Of a stretch of 64,000 nt of DNA, positions 1-7,704 are shown in pieces (the first letter of the stretch is position 1; each line of letters begins with the position of its first letter). Location of the stretch: sequence record OM456492.1; one strand, 5' to 3'. The notes under the pieces are model-generated. The model searched no databases. It was given only the letters and a program-made list of their open reading frames with translations, and was not told the DNA's origin. Both the position numbers and the translations under genes were made by a program.

Positions 1-204
1 CTTACGCGCATTGCACCAGAATGGCTTATCATTAAGATTGATGGTGCGGGTATATGCTGGAATGCTGCCGTTAATACTGCCCTGGAACCCGCTGAATTCG
101 TCAGCGCGTGCCTTAGAAATCCGTAGCCCAACAACAAGTGCCATCAACAGCACAGTAAAAAGCACCACTTTGGCCAAGTGGCGATTAACGTTATTGCATT
201 TCAT
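1..204 (-). CDS. Exported/membrane hypothetical protein, N-terminal part (runs off the window)
   Basis: Manual translation from ATG at 204: MKCNNVNRHLAKVVLFTVLLMALVVGLRISKARADEF..., open to base 1. Hydrophobic stretch with an A-x-A type site; overlaps the stop of the upstream gene. Confidence 0.65.
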   Translation of the reverse strand, partial: MKCNNVNRHLAKVVLFTVLLMALVVGLRISKARADEFSGFQGSINGSIPAYTRTINLNDKPFWCNARK

Positions 205-592
205 TTTTAATATCTCCACGATTAAGGGTGATGCGACCGACGAGCACATCGTTGTGATAAAAGCTCACAGCAACCAAATTCGGTAATTCCAGTGGCGATA
301 CACTGACCGAGGTGACTTTTGGTTGATTGCACGATATGTCGATTAACCGCTGATACATTTTCAATTTCTTATCAGCGATAACCAGCCCTGTGCAGTTCTT
401 ACCGTCCGTCAGTCTGTAGATTTGTAACTGTTCGACCTCACGCATCAGTTCCGGTTTTTCATTCGGTGCAATGGCATAATCCGAATCAGCTGATGTGTAT
501 TCAGTCACGTCTGGCTTATCGAAAGCATAAGTTGCTGCAATACCACATGCGGCCAGAACTACTACTGCTTGTAAGAACTTCTTGATAGTCAT
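191..592 (-). CDS. Hypothetical protein with signal peptide
   Basis: 133-aa ORF, N-terminus MTIKKFLQAVVVLAACGIAATYA (basic, hydrophobic, A-x-A). Confidence 0.75.
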   Translation of the reverse strand: MTIKKFLQAVVVLAACGIAATYAFDKPDVTEYTSADSDYAIAPNEKPELMREVEQLQIYRLTDGKNCTGLVIADKKLKMYQRLIDISCNQPKVTSVSVSPLELPNLVAVSFYHNDVLVGRITLNRGDIKNEMQ

Positions 593-617
593 GTTTTGCT
601 CTATAGTCGATTGGTTT

Positions 618-646
618 AAAAAAGAATAGGCTACCCGAGGGTAGCC
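618..646 (-). terminator. Intrinsic terminator
   Basis: Stem GGCTAC...GTAGCC (629-646) followed on the minus strand by a U-rich tract. Confidence 0.65.
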
Positions 647-667
647 AGTTGAGTTAATCTCTTAACT

Positions 668-690
668 CTCACCTAGGTAATATATATCTG
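668..690 (-). promoter_or_regulatory. Putative early (virion RNAP) promoter, copy 1
   Basis: Minus strand CAGATATATATTACCTAGGTGAG contains TATATTAC, the phiKZ early-promoter consensus; near-identical copy at 51942-51964. Confidence 0.7.
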
Positions 691-697
691 AGATATT

Positions 698-1294
698 TTA
701 CAATGTGAAGGTTGTGTTAAGAATACGAAAACCCAATGCACGCTTAGCGATTTGCATATTTGCAGGCGTGAAGTCCACCAGTTTGATTTGAACGATCGAT
801 AAATCGTAAAGCTTGTGAAGCACTTCGATTTTGTGCCGCCAATCTGTTTTTTGGTGCAGCTCTATCGTCGTTGGTATCTCGCCTAGTCTCGGCAACTGTG
901 CCCCAAGTAAACGATGATGGACTTTACCGTTTATAGTTGGGGTACCTTCCGTAACCATCAGTCGTGCATCGATGTAGTTATTTCGCTTAGCGTACTCCAT
1001 AAAAGTTTTGACATTTATCTTTTCCTCGTATAGAATGCTGCGAAAGTATTCGTAAATGATGTGTCCTGCCTCCCTACCGCTTTCCGAGTCTGGAATAACC
1101 TTATCGATGAAAATCGCAGAGACCACTTCGCTCCGACGCGAATGCATTGTAATGACCCTATCCCCGTGCTGTGCGGCAGTTAATAATCCACTCACATCAA
1201 GCCCCACCGGAAACAAGCCACGACTACGCATTACGTGCAGGTCTTCTAACTTGTTCTCTTGCAGTCGTAAAATACGTTCTGTCATATACCACAC
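698..1294 (-). CDS. Hypothetical protein
   Basis: 198-aa ORF in a co-oriented gene run; no motif recognised. Confidence 0.75.
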   Translation of the reverse strand: MWYMTERILRLQENKLEDLHVMRSRGLFPVGLDVSGLLTAAQHGDRVITMHSRRSEVVSAIFIDKVIPDSESGREAGHIIYEYFRSILYEEKINVKTFMEYAKRNNYIDARLMVTEGTPTINGKVHHRLLGAQLPRLGEIPTTIELHQKTDWRHKIEVLHKLYDLSIVQIKLVDFTPANMQIAKRALGFRILNTTFTL

Positions 1295-1318
1295 CTCAAA
1301 TTAATTTGAGTTAAGTGT

Positions 1319-1359
1319 AAAAAATAAGAGGACTCCAGTAACCACGAGGGTTACTGGAG
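1319..1359 (-). terminator. Intrinsic terminator
   Basis: Stem CTCCAGTAACC/GGTTACTGGAG plus minus-strand U tract just after the stop at 1365. Confidence 0.75.
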
Positions 1360-1364
1360 ATAAA

Positions 1365-1892
1365 CTACACACTCAACGTTTCAATGAATTTGATGCGCGC
1401 TGGGTGAAATGTGTGATAAACAGTTACCGGCGTGTGCGCGCCTTCTGCTGCGTGTATTGCACCATCGTATCCGTTCAGCAATAGATGGTCGTATATCGTA
1501 CTGCAGTTATACGCCACCGATGCCCACAGAGGTAACTTGTCAAACTCTTTAGGGTGTTGGTGGTAAACCTCCATCAAACCCTTTTCAGGATGACGCTCTC
1601 GGATACGCTCCCACTCATTTGTTTCAATGAGCAAGTTCCCTTTCTTCTGTGCAACAGTCTGGTATTGGTGCGGGGAAAGAATCTCGCGGAAATCACCGAT
1701 ATCGACGAACGGGTCAGTAGGATCGTTGATAAACGGATTGGTGATTTCCAAAGAAACGTGGTTGATTAGCCAGCTGGGATTCGCTTTAACAATTTCAGCA
1801 GGGACATCGATGTCTTTATAGACAACTTGAGAACGTGAAAGGTTAGCCTCAACAAACGGCTTATCAGTAACAATATAACCTTCGAGTTTCAT
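1365..1892 (-). CDS. Possible ADP-ribosyltransferase-fold (ART-PolyVal-like) protein
   Basis: Contains VSLEITNP and a C-terminal GYDGAI...VYHTFHPARIK, resembling the ART-PolyVal pattern; the N-terminal H-G motif is not evident. Confidence 0.4.
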   Translation of the reverse strand: MKLEGYIVTDKPFVEANLSRSQVVYKDIDVPAEIVKANPSWLINHVSLEITNPFINDPTDPFVDIGDFREILSPHQYQTVAQKKGNLLIETNEWERIRERHPEKGLMEVYHQHPKEFDKLPLWASVAYNCSTIYDHLLLNGYDGAIHAAEGAHTPVTVYHTFHPARIKFIETLSV

Positions 1893-2455
1893 TATAAGGC
1901 TCCTTTAAAGTGGTATGTCATGCTTTCCACGAGGTGAGAAGTCTGGCTTTCAAAGAAGTGTAAAACGGGTTCGAGCGGTACACCACCGAGATTATAAATA
2001 GTGACGTCCTGCTTTAATCCCGCATTAATTTCACTAAGAAAAGACTCGATTGCCTGTTCGCTGTTCGTTGTGGTGAGGGTGATCGTTGTTTCACCCTCTT
2101 CGCTAAAACCTGACGCATCTTGTAAACGTAAAACAGTTGGCACAGTTTTACTAATACGGATGTCTGGCGGAAGGACGACCTCCAATTGTGGCGTACGTAC
2201 TTTACGCGCAAGGTAATTAACAAACAGATTGACATCAAGCTCACTGACTCCGCAGCAAATGCAGTTTAGAACCGTTACCAAATTCGTTGTCTTCCGTTCA
2301 AAAATTCCCTTGATCTGTTTAGCTTTATCGCTGTAAAGGAACACCAGTAGTTGGTCGGGATTATCTGGTAAATCCTTTTCCACACCCTCCCATTCCGGAT
2401 CGTCGCGGACATGTTCTTGCCAGATATCGTTACGTATTTCTAACAAGCGGAACAT
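1892..2455 (-). CDS. Hypothetical protein
   Basis: 187-aa ORF, stop overlaps the next start. Confidence 0.75.
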   Translation of the reverse strand: MFRLLEIRNDIWQEHVRDDPEWEGVEKDLPDNPDQLLVFLYSDKAKQIKGIFERKTTNLVTVLNCICCGVSELDVNLFVNYLARKVRTPQLEVVLPPDIRISKTVPTVLRLQDASGFSEEGETTITLTTTNSEQAIESFLSEINAGLKQDVTIYNLGGVPLEPVLHFFESQTSHLVESMTYHFKGAL

Positions 2456-2464
2456 ATACCCTCC

Positions 2465-3046
2465 TTACGCAACGTAAACCGCACGATGGTTGCGGAAGCC
2501 GTGTTCTTCGGTAAGGTAGCGGGCGTAGGTGTGTTCAATAGACGGAGTATAACAAAGCAGATGCAGTTCCTGCCCTTCAGCTAGGCCAGGCAACATCACA
2601 CTCAACCAGTCCATTCCACCGTTCTGTTGAAGCATGTCTTGAGTTAGCGTTAGCGGTTGAACAATATGTTCCGGACTGCTATCGTCTTCACTTTTTGTAA
2701 AACGAAGAATTCCCGGACGAGAACCCTCCACCAGTACCGTGCGCGGTAAGTCAAACGCGACCACTTTCGCTTTCTGTTCGTAGGACGACTTATAACGACG
2801 TAGTAGTCCAATATCGGTATCCAGTACGGTAGCCATCACGTTATACAACATCACAAGACGGCCGTCGTTGTCGTTAGTGACATGTTTTACGAACACCAAC
2901 ATCGGAATACCTTCGCGTTGGAATACCACGAAGTCTGCTTCTTTGTATTTCTCGCAACCTTCTACTACCCGTGGGGCTTTCACGCGATAGCGGCGGGTCA
3001 GTTCTTCGTAGTTCATTTCATGTTGTTCAATAATTGGTTGTGGCAT
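2465..3046 (-). CDS. Hypothetical protein
   Basis: 193-aa ORF followed by GGAGG RBS for the next gene. Confidence 0.75.
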   Translation of the reverse strand: MPQPIIEQHEMNYEELTRRYRVKAPRVVEGCEKYKEADFVVFQREGIPMLVFVKHVTNDNDGRLVMLYNVMATVLDTDIGLLRRYKSSYEQKAKVVAFDLPRTVLVEGSRPGILRFTKSEDDSSPEHIVQPLTLTQDMLQQNGGMDWLSVMLPGLAEGQELHLLCYTPSIEHTYARYLTEEHGFRNHRAVYVA

Positions 3047-3067
3047 GGTTATATACTCTTTACGGTT

Positions 3068-3096
3068 AAAAAATAAGAAGGGGGTACAAGACCCCC
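3068..3096 (-). terminator. Intrinsic terminator
   Basis: GGGGGT-acaag-ACCCCC stem with minus-strand U tract after the stop at 3107. Confidence 0.65.
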
Positions 3097-3106
3097 GATG
3101 ACGAGA

Positions 3107-4345
3107 TTACAGTAAACGCAAATCTGCGACAAACAGCAGTTGACGGCCGTACTTAGTCACTTCTTTCCAGCCATTGTTAACACCCCATTTGATGATAGCG
3201 TCGTAATGCCACTGTTTCAGTTCGCTGGTACCCCACGCATCCCGTACCGCCTTCGCCGACATCAAATACGCAGGTTCGGCAACGGAGCGCATTTCAGAAT
3301 CTGGCAGGCGTGAAACAACGGAACTGTTCACGCGCCGCAGCGTTCCTGACACTTGTATCCAGAACGCAGGCGATATTGTATTTGTCGGTCGACAGTCAAA
3401 TACCCACGCCGTGTCATTTTCACTGGCCGGGGTCTTGCGTTTATAGATGCTTAACAGTATTTCTGACTGGATAACTTCGCGGAAAACAGCAAGAAGTGCG
3501 ATGACTTTCTCATTAACCACCTCACCCTTTTCGACCTTATAGTAATCTTTAAGGTTTCCTGGCTCTGTTATCGGCATTACTGACCAAACATCGGCGTCTA
3601 ACATCTCACCGAAATAATGGTTAGCGTTTTCATCAGATGTCCAGAACATCGTATTGCCGTCGTTGGCTATGGTGACTAGATCACGCAGTGCTTCCTTGGT
3701 GTCTTCGTCAATTTCCACAGGTTTGGCTGCTTCACGCGGTGCGTTTTTCGTGTAGAATCTGCGCTTGCTTACCGCTCTATTCCATACGGTAGTAATTTGG
3801 TACGCAGTGAATTCGGGGAACTGCTGCACCAACACTTCCGCATCAACATCGAGTCGCTCTGAATTAAAGTTTTGTAATTTCTCATTAAACCCTGTATTCA
3901 GCTCTCCGCCAGTCCACCAGTTGCTATCGCTTAGTGCAGGCATGTCAGGTGTTAACTCGAACACCGGTTTACCGGTCAGCAGAGTAAGAATGTAGTGCAC
4001 CCACATTGTGTTACCCTCAGCAATGGCGCGTCCGATGTTTTGATTACCCGATAGGTAAGTTACTCGCGAATCCCCTTCGAACGTCATGGTTAACTCAACC
4101 CACGGCGCTAAGTCGGAGACGTGGTGGCCTAAACGGCACTTTACTTCCCCTTTGTCAAGCAGCCGTTTTTCGACAACGGTTGAGAGCTTTTGTGGCAGGC
4201 ACGCACAATCCTGCCACGTTACGTCGCTGTAAGCCATACTCCGAATATTGAACTGCATTCCCAACAGTACAATTGAGTTAGTAATTACTGCATTAAAGAA
4301 TGCTTCTTTCGGTGTCTGGTAAACTAATTCGTATTCGTTATACAT
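3107..4345 (-). CDS. Hypothetical protein
   Basis: 412-aa ORF with RBS; no motif recognised. Confidence 0.8.
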   Translation of the reverse strand: MYNEYELVYQTPKEAFFNAVITNSIVLLGMQFNIRSMAYSDVTWQDCACLPQKLSTVVEKRLLDKGEVKCRLGHHVSDLAPWVELTMTFEGDSRVTYLSGNQNIGRAIAEGNTMWVHYILTLLTGKPVFELTPDMPALSDSNWWTGGELNTGFNEKLQNFNSERLDVDAEVLVQQFPEFTAYQITTVWNRAVSKRRFYTKNAPREAAKPVEIDEDTKEALRDLVTIANDGNTMFWTSDENANHYFGEMLDADVWSVMPITEPGNLKDYYKVEKGEVVNEKVIALLAVFREVIQSEILLSIYKRKTPASENDTAWVFDCRPTNTISPAFWIQVSGTLRRVNSSVVSRLPDSEMRSVAEPAYLMSAKAVRDAWGTSELKQWHYDAIIKWGVNNGWKEVTKYGRQLLFVADLRLL

Positions 4346-4435
4346 TTGGTATTTCCTTTAAAGTACACTAAAGTGACCAAAAACTGTTACTAAAGAACAG
4401 TTGGTGTTTAAGCGACTGTGGGTTTATACACAATG

Positions 4436-4458
4436 CTCACTAAGATGACATCTATCTG
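4436..4458 (-). promoter_or_regulatory. Putative promoter, variant class (copy 3)
   Basis: Minus strand CAGATAGATGTCATCTTAGTGAG aligns without gaps to the TATATTAC-containing 23-mers; intergenic, upstream of 4345. Confidence 0.55.
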
Positions 4459-4465
4459 TAAAAAC

Positions 4466-4783
4466 TTAGTATACGACCAGGACGATGCAGTCATCGATAG
4501 CCAGATTCAGTAATGAGTAGTCGTTACTTAACCGCTGGTAACGCATCCCTTTTTCAAACTGACTTAATTGTTCAGTCGGCATGGCGTATACCGCGCTTTG
4601 CACTACCCCTGTAAACAGTTCGTCGTAGAACTGGTCTACTTCCCCGACTTTGTAAAAGCGCATTCTTTGATTGTTAGCAAAGACGCTGTCTAGCTTCCCG
4701 TTACTGGCTTTCTGTAACGCAGTAAAGGCACTGTCTGCATCATTACGCTCTAATGCACTTTTAATGGTTTGAAATAAAGACAT
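4466..4783 (-). CDS. Hypothetical protein
   Basis: 105-aa ORF with GAGGAG RBS. Confidence 0.75.
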   Translation of the reverse strand: MSLFQTIKSALERNDADSAFTALQKASNGKLDSVFANNQRMRFYKVGEVDQFYDELFTGVVQSAVYAMPTEQLSQFEKGMRYQRLSNDYSLLNLAIDDCIVLVVY

Positions 4784-4943
4784 GGTACTGCACTCCTCGT
4801 TAGGTTAAAAGTCAAGGTCAACTACAAAAAGGATGTCGGTATCCTACGGATACCTCCGTTTATGTTCGCATCCAATACATAAACCCCCTTACCCCCGTAC
4901 TCTCCTCGATTGTCAAACGATGAGATCGAAACGTAAAAAAGTG

Positions 4944-4950
4944 TAGTATG
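4944..4950 (+). promoter_or_regulatory. Putative late promoter (TATG)
   Basis: TAGTATG immediately upstream of the RBS of the spike gene; TATG is the phiKZ non-virion RNAP late consensus. Short motif, so weak evidence on its own. Confidence 0.45.
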
Positions 4951-4963
4951 AGAGGAGGGTGGT

Positions 4964-5896
4964 ATGAACAAATCTAAGTCAGGGTTGCACATCTTCTCGA
5001 TAGGCATCGTCGCGGAAGATAAACCACGTGGTGCCACTCGAGTTAAAGTCATCCCTATCGAAGTTAATTTTATTAACCCAACAGCTGTCGATGCAACAGA
5101 GACACCTGTAGAAAAGCAACACAACAGTTTAAGTGGTACTGACAACCTTACTGTAAAGCAAGGTAATGCCATCACCGCAAAATGGATGAAGTCCAACAGC
5201 AACCGGGTTAACCCTCCGGATGTGAAAAAAGAAGACTACGTAAGAATCTGGCGTATCGGTGAAACCGATATGTACTTCTGGGAAGATTTAAACAACAGTA
5301 ACGTTAAGCGACTGGAAGATGGGGTATACGCCTGGTCTGCTGACCCAGTAAACCAGATGGCCGATGACCTCTCTAACGCCTACGTACTGAATATCTCCCC
5401 GATGGATGGTCACATCACCTTACGTACCAGTATGACCAACGGTGAGAAAAATGCGTATTTGCTCCAGCTGAATACCCGTGACGGACTTTGCCAGTTAGTG
5501 GATGACGAAGGGCGTAAGTTCTACCTCAATTCTCCAGAGGATGACTTAGGGTTTGAAAACGCCTGCCGGTCGAAGATTAATATCAATAAAGAGGACGCTT
5601 TCATTTATGCTAAACGTTCTATTAATCTCGAGACAAAGACGATTAACGAGAAGTGCGAAACTCGCAACTCTACAGCGTCGAAAAACATGGCATGGACGAC
5701 TGAAGACTGGAAGACCACATGCCCAACGAATCTATTTACCGGTAACCTGGAAGTAGGTAAAGATTTCCTCTATAACGGCAAGGGTGAAGGTAAGGGCACA
5801 TTCACAGTTACCGAATCGGTTATCGGCGGCATCACCTTTACTCTTCACGTACATACTGGCCATGGTCCGGGCAACGACACCAGTACACCACACTAA
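4964..5896 (+). CDS. Baseplate central spike (gpV/gp138-like)
   Basis: N-terminal OB-fold-like GIV...RVKV segment, beta-rich body, C-terminal H-x-H (LHVHTGH) as in the metal-binding apex of P2 gpV and phi92 gp138. Confidence 0.75.
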   Translation: MNKSKSGLHIFSIGIVAEDKPRGATRVKVIPIEVNFINPTAVDATETPVEKQHNSLSGTDNLTVKQGNAITAKWMKSNSNRVNPPDVKKEDYVRIWRIGETDMYFWEDLNNSNVKRLEDGVYAWSADPVNQMADDLSNAYVLNISPMDGHITLRTSMTNGEKNAYLLQLNTRDGLCQLVDDEGRKFYLNSPEDDLGFENACRSKININKEDAFIYAKRSINLETKTINEKCETRNSTASKNMAWTTEDWKTTCPTNLFTGNLEVGKDFLYNGKGEGKGTFTVTESVIGGITFTLHVHTGHGPGNDTSTPH

Positions 5897-6103
5897 GTTA
5901 TTTACGTGTGTGGGGTATAATGTGACAATAAACCCCTAACTGTAACGATAACCCGAATCGCTTGTGCACAGTTAGCCACTTTTTTCGCACAAAAGCCGGT
6001 TTATTGTCAACTAATTTACGAGTCGGGGCAGTTAATATGCCTCGAAGTACAAGTAGTTGAACATAGGGTTCTTCTGCTATCATTTGTTAATGGAGATAAG
6101 TAA

Positions 6104-6313
6104 ATGAGCATTCGTGAAATCACCGCAGGCAGCGACGTTTCTGGTCTGGTAGAAGCAGGCACCGTTCAGGTTTCTGGACTGAGCACCGTTACCGAAGTTA
6201 CCGAAGCGCTGGCTAAGAAAGCCGAAGCTGAAGGCGGCGTAGCATTCAAAGTTACCGCTTGTGGCGGCAACAACAAAATGTTCGGCAACGCGATCTATTA
6301 CGTAAACGCGTAA
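6104..6313 (+). CDS. DUF1471 (YdgH/BhsA/McbA-like) domain protein lacking a signal peptide
   Basis: GTVQVSGLST...LAKKAEAEGGVAFKVT...NNKMFGNAIYY closely follows the BhsA/YhcN domain pattern. Confidence 0.75.
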   Translation: MSIREITAGSDVSGLVEAGTVQVSGLSTVTEVTEALAKKAEAEGGVAFKVTACGGNNKMFGNAIYYVNA

Positions 6314-6326
6314 TCAGCCTGCAGGC

Positions 6327-6384
6327 AAAAAAAGATATAGGTACCCTACTCCCGTTGGGAGTAGGGTTTACCTTTTATTTTTTT
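6327..6384. terminator. Bidirectional intrinsic terminator
   Basis: CCCTACTCC/GGAGTAGGG stem flanked by A and T tracts between convergent genes. Confidence 0.8.
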
Positions 6385-7637
6385 CGTGCTTTGTAGCGAT
6401 GCATTTCAACAAATGGCTTACCCCAAGCCCCGAAAGGCCCGACGATCGCCTGCGCGTCGTTTACCAAATTCTGGTTATACCAACGTGCGTTCCCCAACAA
6501 AAAGTTTTCCCGGTCGAAGAATGTGGTATTGAAAACCCACTCCCCTTCTTCCCAGGTCGGCCAGTACCCTACACATTTACCAATACGGTTAAAGATAGGA
6601 CCTAGCGTTTTCTTCCCATCTGGGTCAGTCGGGTCTTTTAAATAGAACCGGCCCCAGATAGCGTTGTGGCTTATTCCGTGAATCTCTTTTTCGAGATACG
6701 GGTTGTCTATCGTAAAGATAAACGAGGATTCGTGCGTCAGCAACGCTTTTAACGTTTCTGAGTTACGAATACGTTGAACGGACGTAGGCGTACTTAAATC
6801 ACCTACACCGATGGCGTCCCAATCGTAATAGCGACGGGTTTCCAATACAATCTTCGCCACGCTAAGGTTTGGCAGACTCAGCATAATCGCACGGTCGCTG
6901 AAATAGCCCTGCGGCGGCAACCAATGCAGAATACCTCCGATGACGAACCCAACGGTTTTCCCTGTAATGGAATCGGGTAAGGTCAACATTAACGAAGAAT
7001 AGTAATCTCGCGTAGTATCGAGTTTGTTCATCGTTAAACCGGATATGGGGTAAGTCTTCACTTTACCAATATTCGCCATCACTAGACAGCCGATGTCGGG
7101 TGTGTTGGCACGCCGCACGATATTACCAGCGCCGGTTAAGCGAACACCCGCAGGGTCAGATTGGTGAGGTACCCATTGACCGTTGATGTTGTACAGTACC
7201 CCGGTACGGTATTTCTCTTTCCACTCATCGTCGCAGACTACAACAACGTCGTGCGCATCATCAGGATTGAAGTCCTGGGTGTAGTGGTACCCAGGAGGGC
7301 ACAGGTGCGTTTCTACGGGCACGTCGGCATTAATAGACTGGTAGTGTGCCTCAACGAATTCGAGCTTCGGTAGGCCTTTCCCAAGCGTTGGAATCGCCGT
7401 TCCTGACTTGGTATTCAACCAATCCTGCAGGGTGTCCGTACGGTTTTGTAAATCTGCCAGGTGATACTGGCTATAGAAGGTATATTCAGCACCTAGTGCT
7501 TCTAGTCCTACTTCGAAAAAGTGGTAGTTAGCACAAAGGGTATTTAAGGGCTGCGTGACATCGATGGTTCCCCAAGTTCGGGTGTCTCGAGAGAAGCCAA
7601 AAGCGCTGTCGGCCCGCACTTGATAAGCAGTAGTCAC
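6375..7637 (-). CDS. Hypothetical protein, probably virion structural
   Basis: 420-aa ORF divergent from the tail-fibre operon; function inferred from context only. Confidence 0.6.
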   Translation of the reverse strand: MTTAYQVRADSAFGFSRDTRTWGTIDVTQPLNTLCANYHFFEVGLEALGAEYTFYSQYHLADLQNRTDTLQDWLNTKSGTAIPTLGKGLPKLEFVEAHYQSINADVPVETHLCPPGYHYTQDFNPDDAHDVVVVCDDEWKEKYRTGVLYNINGQWVPHQSDPAGVRLTGAGNIVRRANTPDIGCLVMANIGKVKTYPISGLTMNKLDTTRDYYSSLMLTLPDSITGKTVGFVIGGILHWLPPQGYFSDRAIMLSLPNLSVAKIVLETRRYYDWDAIGVGDLSTPTSVQRIRNSETLKALLTHESSFIFTIDNPYLEKEIHGISHNAIWGRFYLKDPTDPDGKKTLGPIFNRIGKCVGYWPTWEEGEWVFNTTFFDRENFLLGNARWYNQNLVNDAQAIVGPFGAWGKPFVEMHRYKARKK

Positions 7638-7663
7638 TGGCTGTTTCCTCTAAGGATTCGGGT

Positions 7664-7672
7664 CATAGTATG
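7664..7672. promoter_or_regulatory. Putative back-to-back late promoters (CATAGTATG)
   Basis: TATG on both strands in the 67-bp divergent gap between 7637 and 7705. Confidence 0.45.
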
Positions 7673-7704
7673 AACTCGACGCCCTCAGAGAAAAGGAGTG
7701 TAAA

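Noticed and set aside
4822-5202. 126-aa minus-strand ORF overlapping the spike gene
   Set aside because: Antisense to a confident gene; no RBS or recognisable motif.
5898-6083. 61-aa minus-strand ORF between the spike and DUF1471 genes
   Set aside because: No convincing RBS or motif and opposite to both neighbours; probably intergenic.
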